DNA of 32,000 bases, taken from positions 750,001-782,000 of the forward strand of contig NC_007494.2 in NCBI RefSeq assembly GCF_000012905.2. The letters are read 5' to 3'. Within the stretch, counting starts at the first letter, position 1, and each line of letters opens with the position of its first letter. A model generated the notes under the pieces. That model worked only from the letters and a program-made list of their open reading frames with translations, did no database searches and was not told where the DNA came from. Positions 17,814 to 27,400 of this stretch are shown here, one piece after another. Both the position numbers and the translations under genes were made by a program. Source of the stretch: Cereibacter sphaeroides 2.4.1. Its GTDB lineage: Bacteria; Pseudomonadota; Alphaproteobacteria; Rhodobacterales; Rhodobacteraceae.

Positions 17814-18652
17814 GCCTCGAGCCAGAGTGCTGCGGGGGCGGCGCAGATGCGGTAATCCTGCGGGCGGCGGTCGCGGAAGGGATGCACCTCGTAGACGCCG
17901 GGATCGCGGATGATCGACTTGGTGCGCGCGCGCGCAAGGTCGATATCGACGGTGAAGATGCCTTCCTGCATGCCGGCATTGAAGATCTCGTTGCCGTCCG
18001 GGCCGATGACGTGGCTGCTGCCCATGAAGGCCATGCCGTCATCGACGTCGATGCGGTTCGAGGACAGGAAATAGACGAAGTTCTCGGCGGCGCGCACGCG
18101 GCTGAAGAGGTCGGGCAGGATGCGGGCGGCCTCGGGCCAGGCGGCGGGCAGCACCACGAGTTCGGCGCCTTCCAGCGCCAGCGTGCGGATCACCTCGGGG
18201 AAGCGGATCTCGTAACAGATCGCGAGGCCGATGCGGCCGATCGCCGTGTCGAAGACCGACGGGCCCTCGATCTGGGGGATGTCGGCGAAGCGGTCGCCGA
18301 TCATGAACGGCAGGTGCATCTTGTGATGCAGGCCGATGATGCCCTCGGGCCCGATCAGGGCCGCGGTGTTCAGGGCCTGCGGGCCGGACTTCTGATAGAA
18401 GCCCACGACGACATGGATGTCCGCCTCGCGGGCCGCCAGAAGAATGGGTGCGAGATCGCCCCGCTCGATGTCGACGGCCGCCTGCAGCAGCGCGGCGCGG
18501 TCGTCGAACGAGCCGCCGGTGAGGAAGCACTCGGGAAAGACGATGAGCCGTGCCCCGTCGGCCGCCGCGGCGCGGGCGGCCTCCGCGACGAGCGCGACGG
18601 TGGCAGGGGTGTCGCCGTGCACGGGCGACAGCTGGGCGAATGCGATTTTCAT
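17810..18652 (-). CDS. Carbon-nitrogen hydrolase family protein (nitrilase/amidase superfamily)
   Basis: I place the start at ATG 18652 (MKIAFAQLSP...) with GGAG 6 nt upstream; the track uses GTG 18658. The motifs RLIVFPECFLTGG, ...HHKMHLP... and GLAICYEIRFPE supply the Glu-Lys-Cys triad context. Confidence 0.8.
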   Translation of the reverse strand: MKIAFAQLSPVHGDTPATVALVAEAARAAAADGARLIVFPECFLTGGSFDDRAALLQAAVDIERGDLAPILLAAREADIHVVVGFYQKSGPQALNTAALIGPEGIIGLHHKMHLPFMIGDRFADIPQIEGPSVFDTAIGRIGLAICYEIRFPEVIRTLALEGAELVVLPAAWPEAARILPDLFSRVRAAENFVYFLSSNRIDVDDGMAFMGSSHVIGPDGNEIFNAGMQEGIFTVDIDLARARTKSIIRDPGVYEVHPFRDRRPQDYRICAAPAALWLEA

Positions 18653-18673
18653 GTCCACTCCATTCTGCGGGAG

Positions 18674-18696
18674 CGGGACCCGCGGCGCGGGTCCCG
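18674..18696 (-). terminator. GC-rich palindrome 8 nt after the dctP stop (stem-loop, possible attenuator)
   Basis: CGGGACCCGCG-G-CGCGGGTCCCG has 11-nt complementary arms. No U-tract follows. Confidence 0.3.
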
Positions 18697-18703
18697 GCCG
18701 GGC

Positions 18704-19699
18704 TCAATCCAGCGAGAAGCCGACCGCATCGAAGACGGTGCGCACGAGCTCGGGATCGAAGGTCTGTGCATAGGTGCGGATGACCGGGGCGACGGCCTCC
18801 TGCATGCGGGCGAGCTCTTCGGGGGTGATCTCGGTCACGACATTGCCGGCCGCCCGGATCTCCTCCAGCGCGCTGTCCTGCGCCGCGCGCGAAATGCGGC
18901 GCTGTTCGACCGCAGTCTCCTGCGCGACCTTCTGGATCAGGGCCTTTTCATCGTCGGTGAGCTTGTCCCAGAAGGGTTTGCCGATCAGCACGATCTGCGG
19001 ATTGTAGTTGTGGCGGGTGACCGAGAGATATTTCTGCACCTCGGTATATTTCGCGGTGAGAGCGAAGGGCGCGGTGCATTCCTGCCCGTCCACGGCGCCG
19101 GTCTCGAGCGCGGTGTAGAGTTCGGTCACCGCCATCGGCGTGGGATTGGCACCGAGCGCCCGCCACATGTCGACGAGAAGCGGGTTCTGCTGCACGCGGA
19201 CCTTGAGGCCCGCGATATCCTCGAGCCTGTGCACCTCGCGGGTGTCGTTGGTCAGCTGGCGGAAGCCCTGTTCCCAGAAGGACAGGCCGATCACGCCATG
19301 TTCGGGCAGCTGATCGGTGAGCTTCCTGCCGACCTCGCCGTCGAGCAGCGCATCCATCACCTCTTCGTCCTGATAGATGAAGGGCAGATCGAGGATGCCG
19401 AAATCCTGCGCCTGGGTCATCATGTTGCCGGCGTTCCAGACCATCATCTCGACCACGCCGCCCTGAAGCGACGACAGCACCTGCACATCGCCGCCGAGCA
19501 CGCCATTGGCGAAGACGCGCGTCTTCAGCTTGCCGCCGCTCTGCTCCTCGAGCTTCTGCGCGAAGATATGCATGCCCTGCACCGGAGGCGTGCCTTCCTG
19601 ACCGGTGGCGGCGAACTTGATGGTGCGGCTGCTGTAGTCCTGCGCCTGTGCGCCGGTCGCAAGAAGGGCGGCGGCCAGAAGGCCGTGGATCAGTTTCAT
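18704..19699 (-). CDS. dctP: TRAP transporter substrate-binding protein (DctP family)
   Basis: The ORF has 331 codons. The signal peptide is MKLIHGLLAAALLATGAQAQD, followed by the DctP-type pattern ...KTRVFANGVLGGDVQVLSSLQGGVVEMM... Confidence 0.85.
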   Translation of the reverse strand: MKLIHGLLAAALLATGAQAQDYSSRTIKFAATGQEGTPPVQGMHIFAQKLEEQSGGKLKTRVFANGVLGGDVQVLSSLQGGVVEMMVWNAGNMMTQAQDFGILDLPFIYQDEEVMDALLDGEVGRKLTDQLPEHGVIGLSFWEQGFRQLTNDTREVHRLEDIAGLKVRVQQNPLLVDMWRALGANPTPMAVTELYTALETGAVDGQECTAPFALTAKYTEVQKYLSVTRHNYNPQIVLIGKPFWDKLTDDEKALIQKVAQETAVEQRRISRAAQDSALEEIRAAGNVVTEITPEELARMQEAVAPVIRTYAQTFDPELVRTVFDAVGFSLD

Positions 19700-19766
19700 G
19701 GGTCTGTCCTTGTTGGAGTTTCGGTCGGTCGGGATATTCCGGAGCTTCTGGGGCTCCTGTGGAATG

Positions 19767-21047
19767 TCAGTGCAGCAACCACTGCAGCGGCTGGGTCACG
19801 AGGGCGGGGAAGAGGATCAGGAGGAACAGCACGGCCACCTGCGCGAGGAGGAAGGGCAGCGTCCCGCGCACCAGTGCCTCGTAATCGAGACGGCCCACGG
19901 CGCAGACCACGTTCAGCACCGTGCCGACCGGCGGCGTGATGAGGCCGATCGAGCAGTTGATCATGAAGAGCACCCCGAAATAGATCGGATCGATGCCTGC
20001 CTCGATCACCACCGGCACCAGAATGGGGCCGAGCAGGAGGATCGTCGGGGTGAGATCCATCGCCGTCCCCACCATCAGGATCAGCAGCATCAGCACCACG
20101 ATCAGCAGCGTCTGGTTGCCCATCAGCGGCTCGATCAGGTCGACGAGCTGGCCCGGAATGTCGGCCACCGAGATCATCCAGGCCGGAATCGCGGCCGCGG
20201 CCACGAGGAACATCACGCCCGCCGCGGTCTTGCCTGCGTCGAGCACGAGGTCCGGCAGGTCGCGCCAGCTCAGCTCGCGGTAGACGACCAGCGCCACGAA
20301 GAGCGCATAGACGGCGGCGACGGCGGCGGCCTCGGTCGGGGTCACGATGCCGAAGCGCAGCCCGACGATGATGATCACCGGCAGCATCAGCGCCCAGAGG
20401 CTGCGGCCGAAGGCCCGCAGCCGCTCGCGCGCACCGACCTTGGGTGCGGTCGCCACATCGTCGCGGCGCGAGACGAAGAACCACGCGATGCAGAGCGCGA
20501 GCCCGATCATCAGGCCCGGCGCGATGCCCGCCATGAAGAGCTTGCTGATCGAGAGGTTCGTGGCCACGCCGAAGACGATGAAGCCGATGCTCGGCGGGAT
20601 GATCGGGCCGATGATCGCCGAGGCCGCGATGAGACCGCCCGAGCGTTCGCGCGCATGGCCCGCGGCCACCATCATCGGCAGCAGCAGCGCCGAGAGCGAG
20701 GCCGCATCCGCAAGGGCCGAGCCCGAGAGGCTCGAAAGCAGGACGCCCGCGAAGATGGTCACATAGCCGAGGCCGCCGCGGTGGTGGCCGACGAGCGCCC
20801 GCGCCAGATCGACGATGCGGCGCGACAGGCCGCCTGCGTTCATCACCTCTCCGGCGAGGATGAAGAGCGGGATCGCCACCATCGGGAAACTGTCGACCGC
20901 GTTCAGCAGGTTCTGCGCGATGATCTGCCCGTCGAAGAGCCCCATCTGCCACATCAGCGCCGCGCCGGTCACGATCAGCGCATAGGCGATGGGGGCGCCG
21001 ATGCCGATCATCGCGATCAGGGTTCCGAGAAAGAGGCCGATGGTCAT
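19767..21047 (-). CDS. dctM: TRAP transporter large permease (DctM family)
   Basis: I place the start at ATG 21047 (MTIGLFLGTLIAMIGIGAPIAYAL...), giving 426 codons. The protein is polytopic and shows the DctM pattern ...FPMVAIPLFILAGEVMNAGGLSRRIV... The track's 624-aa version is an upstream artefact. Confidence 0.9.
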   Translation of the reverse strand: MTIGLFLGTLIAMIGIGAPIAYALIVTGAALMWQMGLFDGQIIAQNLLNAVDSFPMVAIPLFILAGEVMNAGGLSRRIVDLARALVGHHRGGLGYVTIFAGVLLSSLSGSALADAASLSALLLPMMVAAGHARERSGGLIAASAIIGPIIPPSIGFIVFGVATNLSISKLFMAGIAPGLMIGLALCIAWFFVSRRDDVATAPKVGARERLRAFGRSLWALMLPVIIIVGLRFGIVTPTEAAAVAAVYALFVALVVYRELSWRDLPDLVLDAGKTAAGVMFLVAAAAIPAWMISVADIPGQLVDLIEPLMGNQTLLIVVLMLLILMVGTAMDLTPTILLLGPILVPVVIEAGIDPIYFGVLFMINCSIGLITPPVGTVLNVVCAVGRLDYEALVRGTLPFLLAQVAVLFLLILFPALVTQPLQWLLH

Positions 21048-21598
21048 TTGCGGCCCTCCGGCGCGAGCGCGCCCACATGGCGCTCGACATCGCTTTCCTC
21101 TTCGGAGGTGCCGGGGCGCAGCGCGCTCTGCGGCAGACGCCCGGTCAGAAGGAGAAACATCTGATGCAAAAGGAAAAGGCCGCTCATCGCCGCGAAGAAG
21201 ACCCCGGCCGCATAGAGCAGGGCCACCGGCAGTCGGGTCCCCGGCGCGATCACCTTGAGATTGATCACCATCTGCTGCCAGCTGCCGAGCAGCATCTGCC
21301 AGCTGACATAGAGCATCACCGCATGCGCCAGAAGGAACAGCCCCCGCTGCGCCGCGACCGGCACGCGCCGCACCAGCGCATCGACCCCGATGTGACCGCC
21401 GTCGTAGAGCACGAGCAGCGCGCCCGCGAAGGTCATCCAGACGAAGAGCAGGCCGGACAGGCCCTCGGTCAGGAAGATGCCGCTGTTGAAGAGGTAGCGC
21501 AGCACGACATTGAGAAAGACCATGGCCAGGATGCCGCCGAGGCACAGGACCACTGCCCCGCGCAGACTGCGCAGGTAGACTTCCCTTAGGTAAGACAT
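21044..21598 (-). CDS. dctQ: TRAP transporter small permease (DctQ family)
   Basis: I place the start at ATG 21598 (MSYLREVYLRSLRG...) with AGGGGG upstream, giving 184 codons and 4 predicted TM segments. The stop overlaps the dctM start. Confidence 0.8.
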   Translation of the reverse strand: MSYLREVYLRSLRGAVVLCLGGILAMVFLNVVLRYLFNSGIFLTEGLSGLLFVWMTFAGALLVLYDGGHIGVDALVRRVPVAAQRGLFLLAHAVMLYVSWQMLLGSWQQMVINLKVIAPGTRLPVALLYAAGVFFAAMSGLFLLHQMFLLLTGRLPQSALRPGTSEEESDVERHVGALAPEGRK

Positions 21599-21766
21599 AA
21601 AGCCCCCTGTTGAGTGTGACCGCGGTCGGTGCCCGGCCCACCGTTCTCGTTGCAAAGAGGCCTGGTGCCCGGAAGACGCCCGGGCAGTGCTCTAGCCCGA
21701 CGTCTGTCCGGGATCTGCGCGCAGACTCGACGCGGCTACCTCCCTGAACCTTCGATAGCTAATTGT

Positions 21767-21791
21767 ATGATGTCTGTCAAATGATGACTGT
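21767..21791. promoter_or_regulatory. AT-rich promoter/operator candidate upstream of dctQ: an 11-nt direct repeat
   Basis: ATGATGTCTGT (21767-21777) and ATGATGACTGT (21781-21791) share 10 of 11 positions, 14 nt apart. They lie in the only AT-rich stretch (~21750-21810) between the regulator stop and dctQ. Confidence 0.3.
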
Positions 21792-21802
21792 TGAATTATG
21801 AG

Positions 21803-22504
21803 TTATGCGTCGGTCAGCCGGCGACGGTAGCGCTCCAGCGAGGTGGAGAGATGCATCCGCATCGCCTCCTGCGCCGCGGCCGCTTCGCCCGCGGCGATGG
21901 CCTCGACGATCTGCCGGTGCTCCTCGACCATCTGGCGCAGGTAGTCGCCGGTGATGCCCGATTGCGGGTCGTGCAGAAGCTGGCTGCGCGGAATGATGAC
22001 GGGGCCGATGAAATCCATGAACTTCGGCATCCAGCTGTTCCCGCTCGCCCGCGCGATCGCCAGATGGAAGGCATAGTCCAGCTCGCGCCGGTGCTCGGCG
22101 AAGGCCTCGAGATCGTCCGTCTTCTCGAGCACCTCCCGGATCTGGCGCAGGTCTTCCGCGGTGGCCCTCCGGGCCGCAAGGCCGGCGGCTTCCACCTCGA
22201 CCCCGAGCCGGAGCTCGAGCAGTTCGAGCACCTCCGAGAGCTCGCCCGCCGCCTCCCGGGTGATCGACAGCGCCGGATTGCCGCGCTCCTCGACGAACAC
22301 GCCGACGCCGTGGCGCGATGTCACCAGCCCCTCGGAGCGCAGCGTCGCGATGGCCTCGCGCACCACGGTCCGGCTCACGTTGTACATCTCGCACAGCTGC
22401 GCTTCGATGGGGATCTTGTCGCCCACGGCGTAGTCGCCACGCTCGATGCGCCCGGCCAGATCCCGGGCGACGACGGAAGCCAGGCTGTCACGGCGTTTTC
22501 TCAT
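21803..22504 (-). CDS. GntR-family transcriptional regulator, FadR subfamily
   Basis: I place the start at ATG 22504 (MRKRRDSLASVVARDLAGRIERGDYAVGDKIPIEAQLCEMYNVSRTVVREAIATLRSEGLV...), giving 233 codons. It has a winged-HTH N-terminus and an FCD-type helical C-terminal domain. Confidence 0.85.
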   Translation of the reverse strand: MRKRRDSLASVVARDLAGRIERGDYAVGDKIPIEAQLCEMYNVSRTVVREAIATLRSEGLVTSRHGVGVFVEERGNPALSITREAAGELSEVLELLELRLGVEVEAAGLAARRATAEDLRQIREVLEKTDDLEAFAEHRRELDYAFHLAIARASGNSWMPKFMDFIGPVIIPRSQLLHDPQSGITGDYLRQMVEEHRQIVEAIAAGEAAAAQEAMRMHLSTSLERYRRRLTDA

Positions 22505-22811
22505 GAAGGTCCCCTGTATTGCACGGTCATCAGACAACTGATGAGCTGGCATGTACAGGGCGGAACGACGGGCGGCAACTGCCTCCGCGGAGCGGTCGGC
22601 CCGAGCGACGGGCGCGTTGGGCCGCATGAGGAGCATGTCCTTCGTTGCCGGTCGCGGATCCCGCACTTCGGAACGCGGCGCGCCTCCGAGCCTGTCCGTT
22701 CACGAAGCGCGAAATCGACAGGCGGGCAGCCGGACGCGTGGCCCGAGCGCCCCGCCCCCTCGCCGCGCCTCCGCCGGACGGCAAGGCGGACGGGCAAGGC
22801 CGTCGGAACTA

Positions 22812-23222
22812 ATGCCTAAGGCCGGGTTTCGGGCAAAGGAGGAGCCCCATGGCCGGATCCTGACGATCACTGGCGTCTTCGACAGCAAGGAGGCGGCGGC
22901 GCGTGCCGTCGAGCGGCTCGTCGAGGCGGCCGTATCGCGCGCTTGTCTCCGGCTTGCGTCCGGGCGCCTCGACGCAGAGGGGCCGCGAGAGGAGAGCCAC
23001 AGCCCCGGCGATCCGGTGCTCGACCATGTGCTGCCCGAACCGGAGCAGGCGCACCGTTCCGAAGGGATCTCGCGCGGCGGCACGCTCGTCTGCAACCGCG
23101 ACGTTCCGCGCGAGCTGCACGAGACGGCTGTGGCGCTTCTCGCAGAGGAAGGGGCGTGGACATCGAGAAGCTTGCGCTGGAGTGGCAGCGGCGGGGAGAG
23201 GGGCCGGCGCCCCGGGAGCTGA
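22812..23222 (+). CDS. Small stress-type protein (general stress protein 17M-like / RRGG-motif family); the 3' end is possibly frameshifted
   Basis: The segments ...ILTITGVFDSKEAAARAVERLVEA... and ...PEPEQAHRSEGISRGGTLVCNRDV...AVALLAEEGA resemble a small alphaproteobacterial family as I recall it. The expected C-terminus (VDIEKLALEWQRRGEG...) lies in another frame that runs to 23323. The start codon is uncertain. Confidence 0.45.
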   Translation: MPKAGFRAKEEPHGRILTITGVFDSKEAAARAVERLVEAAVSRACLRLASGRLDAEGPREESHSPGDPVLDHVLPEPEQAHRSEGISRGGTLVCNRDVPRELHETAVALLAEEGAWTSRSLRWSGSGGERGRRPGS

Positions 23223-23443
23223 GGGGCGCGACGCGCGACGCGGCCGGGACTGACCCGCACCGGAACGATCGGAAGGCCCACGGCGCGGGCGCCCCGGTCG
23301 GACCGGAGGGCGGGGGGGCCTGAGCGAACGGGCGGCCCGGCCTCCGGCGGCGAGGGCCAGAGCCGCCGCGTCCGGTCCTGGTTCGGCACCGGAGCCTGTT
23401 CGTCGGGCGCAGACAGGGACATTGTTCCGGCCCCGGCCGTGCG

Positions 23444-24160
23444 TCAGCGACCTGTATAGATGCCGACCGCCTGTGTGCGAGATGTCACATCGAGTTTTTT
23501 CAGGATCTCGCTGACGTGATAGGTCACGTTGCGCCGCGACAACCCCAGGATGAGGGCGATTTCGCTGTTGCTCTTGCCATGCGCGATCCAGTCGAGGATC
23601 TCGATCTGCCGCGGGCTCAGTTTCGCGAGGCCGGCGAGAGCGGGCGACACCGCGGCGGCGGCGGGCAAGAGCGAGCCCGCGCGCACCAGAACGGCCAGCG
23701 CCACGATCCGCCCGGCCTCGGCGATCTCCTCCGGATAATCCTCCCGCTGGGCAGACAACATGGTGATGGCGCCGATCCGCCCCCGACGGTCCGGGAGAGG
23801 AACGATCAGCCCCGCCCGAGCCTCGAAACTGTGCGGACACGGGAAATACCTGTCTTTTCTCAATGACTTCCAGCTCCCTGACCGCCAGATCAGGGGCTTG
23901 ATGCCGGTCACGGCATAATCGAGCAGCGGATCCCGGATCCGGGCCGACGCCGGATCGGAGGCGCCGTCCTGCTCGCAGGGCCAGGTGGTGAGGTGAGGCG
24001 CCGTCACCGCCTCCAGTGCATGAGGTCTTTGGTAGGCGAGCGAATAAGTCTGGAACCCAAGGCCCACGACCGCGTCTTTCAAGGCCTGAGACAGTTCGTT
24101 CCGGCTCTCGGCGCGAGATATGGACCCCACCGCATTCGCGGTAACTGCAAGAAGACTCAT
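23444..24160 (-). CDS. LuxR-family regulator with an autoinducer-binding-like N-domain; no luxI gene in the window (LuxR solo)
   Basis: The ORF has 238 codons. The C-terminal HTH is LSPRQIEILDWIAHGKSNSEIALILGLSRRNVTYHVSEILKKLDVTSRTQAV. The N-domain has IRDPLLDYA (Asp-Pro) and PLIW (Trp), reminiscent of AHL-binding residues. Confidence 0.8.
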   Translation of the reverse strand: MSLLAVTANAVGSISRAESRNELSQALKDAVVGLGFQTYSLAYQRPHALEAVTAPHLTTWPCEQDGASDPASARIRDPLLDYAVTGIKPLIWRSGSWKSLRKDRYFPCPHSFEARAGLIVPLPDRRGRIGAITMLSAQREDYPEEIAEAGRIVALAVLVRAGSLLPAAAAVSPALAGLAKLSPRQIEILDWIAHGKSNSEIALILGLSRRNVTYHVSEILKKLDVTSRTQAVGIYTGR

Positions 24161-24219
24161 GGATCCATTCCAACGGGTAGCACGCTCTATCCGATGGCTT
24201 TGGCCTAGTCCGCATGGGT

Positions 24220-24241
24220 CAACTGGTCAATCGAACAGTTG
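24220..24241. promoter_or_regulatory. Lux-box-like palindrome in the divergent LuxR/adhesin intergenic region
   Basis: CAACTG-GTCAATCGAA-CAGTTG has perfect 6-bp arms. The inner 20-mer AACTGGTCAATCGAACAGTT shares 13 of 20 positions, including CTG-N10-CAG, with the Vibrio fischeri lux box ACCTGTAGGATCGTACAGGT as I recall it. It lies ~60-80 nt upstream of the LuxR ATG and ~180-200 nt upstream of the adhesin GTG. Confidence 0.4.
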
Positions 24242-24417
24242 AAGCAGTTCTCAATTTGTTGCGATGGGCAGCTTTACGCGCATCCGCAGGGCGAATTCTC
24301 TGAACCACCCCGTCCTGCCGATGCCTGGGAAGATGTTCCGCCCCGGCGACCCTCTCCTCCCGCACACGATGGCGCCCGCCGCCGTGGCCAGACGAACCGG
24401 GTGGCGGGGACAAAGCT

Positions 24418-27400
24418 GTGTGGATCAGACATTCGCGTAAGGCGGCCGCTGCCGCGGCCTTCGGTGCAACCCTCGTCCCGGCCCTCCTGTGGCTTCTGAC
24501 CGGCCTCGCTCAGGCGCAGGATGCGGTCGACTACGACTGGCGCGTCCAGCTCGACGGCTCGGCCGGCCTCGCCATCGCGGCAGGCGGCGTGGCGCTCTAC
24601 AAGGTGGATGTGCAGAACACGGGCACCGCGGGCGCCCCGCCGACGCGGATCGAGACCAACATCCCCGCCAACACGATCTTCCGCCCGGACCTGTCCTCGG
24701 CCAGCTGCGCCGTGGTGGGCAGCCTCGTCGACTGCGCCATTCCCGCCCTCGCCGAGGACGCATCCACCGTCGTGGACGTGGCGTTCGAGACGCTGGACGA
24801 AGGCACCTTCGTCCTCTTCGCCCGCGTCCCCGACACCGATGCGCTGGCCGGGAACAACTACGAGGAAGTCACCACGACCGTGGAGCGCGGCGCGGACATC
24901 TCGGTCTCGCTGACCGCCGATGCGACCGTGCCCTCGGGCGGCACGGTGCATTATGAAGTGCGGGTCGAGAACGAGGGGCCCCACACGTCCGAGGCGTTCG
25001 AGGTCGAATTCCCCGTTCCCACGGGCGTCGTCGACATGACGGGTCCCGCCGGCTGCACGCGGTCCGGCGGCACCTTCCTCTGCCGGGTGGCGGACCCTCT
25101 CGCCGTGGGCGACAGCCTCGCCTTCGACTTCGCCGGTCAGGTGACGGCCGCATCCAATTCGACCGTGGCCGCCTCGGTCGCGATCATGGGCCAGCAGCCG
25201 GCCGATGCCGATTCCACCAACAACCTCGCCACGGCCAGCACCTCCGTCACCGCGGGCAGCGACCTGCGCATCGTGAAGTCGCGCACGCCCTCGGGCACCA
25301 TTCTCGTGGGTGACGAACTGGTCTTCATCCTGTCGCCCAGCTATCGCGGCGACGCGCCCGGCGGGACCGTGACGGTGACGGATCCACTGCCCGCGGCCTA
25401 CAGCTTCGTCTCGGTTCAGGCGGACGCGGGCTGGACCTGCGGCGAGAGCGGCGGCACCGTGACCTGCGCCCGCCCTGCCCCCACCACCGGCGCGGGCGAG
25501 GACGTGTCCATAGGCGAGATCCGCATCACCGCCCGCGCGGTCGATCCGGGAACGCCCCTCAACATCGCGACGGTCTCCGCCGCCGACACCACCGATCCGT
25601 TCCCGGGCAACAACAGCTCGTCGGTGAGCGTGACTATCGAGGCGCCCTTCGTCGATCTCGCCCTGTCCAAATCGGCGCCCTCTCCGGCCCTCGCCGTGAG
25701 CGGCAGCCCCTTCGATTACAGGATCGGCGTGACGAACCGCGGCAATGCGGGCTTCGACGGCACCGTGCGGGTGACGGATGCGGTGCCCGTGGGCCTCACG
25801 ATCGAGTCTGTGACAGGCTCGGGCTGGAGCTGTGCGCCCCTGCCCGTCACGGGCCCCGCCGACCTCGTCTGCGACCGGCCCTATGACGGGGCGGCGCCGC
25901 TTGCGGCCGGGGGCCGCGTGCCGGATCTGGTGCTGACCGCGGTCGCCCTGCAGGACGGGCCGGTGCGCAACACGGCTGGCGTCGAGACCGTCGACGGCAC
26001 GCTCGAGGACACGACGCCGGGCAACAACTCGGGCGGCGCCGACGTGACGGTGAGCCAACCGCCGTTCGCCGCCGACATCGGCCTGACCAAGAGCACTGCC
26101 GCCACCGCGATTGCGGGCGAGCCGCAGACCTTCGAGGTCGAGATCACCAACTTCGGCCCCACCGAGGCCGCGAACGTGCGCTTCAGCGATCCGCTGACCG
26201 GTCTCGCGAACGGCGCGACCTCGGGCGCGGGCAACGGCCTCGTGAGCATCTCGGTCGAGCCCTTCGCGGCGACGGGGGCCAGCTGCGGCGGTGCAACGAC
26301 CGGCGCGACCTCGGTCACGGCGAGCTGCTCCTTCGACACGCTCCCCGTCTGCACCCCCGGCCTCGACTGCCCGCGGATCACCCTCGTGACCACCCCGGGC
26401 GGCAATGCGGGCGCGCGGACCAACACCGCGACCGTCGTCTCGCAGACGACGGCCGACCCGGCCTCGGCCAACAACAGCGCGAGCGCGAGCTTCACCGTCG
26501 AACCCCGGGCCGACGTCACGCTCGAGAAGCTGGCCAACCCCGATCCCGTCGCCGTGGGCCAGTCGCTGAACTATGTGCTGACGGCGAAGAACGTGGCGAA
26601 CGGCCTCAGCCAGGCCGAGAACGTGACGGTTTCCGACACGCTGCCCTCGGGGCTCGTGTTCCTGTCGGCCAGCCCCTCCACGGGCAGCTGCGCCACGCAG
26701 CCGGCGGCCGGCAGCGCCACCTCGGGCGGCAACAATCAGGTGGTGTGCAACCTCGGCACCATCAACAACGGCTCGCAGCAGACGGTGACGATCGTCGTGC
26801 GGCCGCTTCTGTCGCTGCTGGAATCGACCCTCGTCAACCGGGCCGAGGTCACCACCAGCACGACCGAGACCGATGAGACCAACAACGCGGCCGAGGCTTC
26901 GGTCGACGTGACCTTCCCCCGCTTCGACCTGCTGATCGCCAAGACCGACACGGTCGATCCGGTGACGGTGGGCGACGAGACGATCTATCGCATCCTCGTG
27001 ACGAACAACGGCCCCTCGGCGGCGGAGAATGTGATCGTCACCGACACGCTTCCCGCGACGCGGCTGAGCTTCGTGCAGGCCAGCGCCCCGGCGGACGGGT
27101 CCTGCGGCACCACGCCCGCGGCGGGCGCCATCGGCGGTCAGGTGATCTGCAGCGTGCCCTATCTCGCCTCGGGCGAGAGCCGCACCTTCGAGGTGACGAT
27201 GCGGGCCGAGGCCAAGGGCTCGGTCACCAACACGGCCTCGGTGACGGCCGACCGCGCCGGCGACTTCGAGAGCCGCACCGACAACAACACGGCGACGCAG
27301 AACACGACGCTGCGCACCCGGGTGGACGTGCAGGTGGCCAGCAAGACGCCCTCGGCGCCGTCGGTGCCGCTGCGGGAGGATTTCACCTTCGACGTGGTGA

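Noticed and set aside
22809-24215. A 468-aa minus-strand ORF spanning the stress-protein and LuxR loci
   Set aside because: It is out of frame with the well-supported LuxR gene and antisense to the stress-type gene, and it shows shadow-ORF composition.
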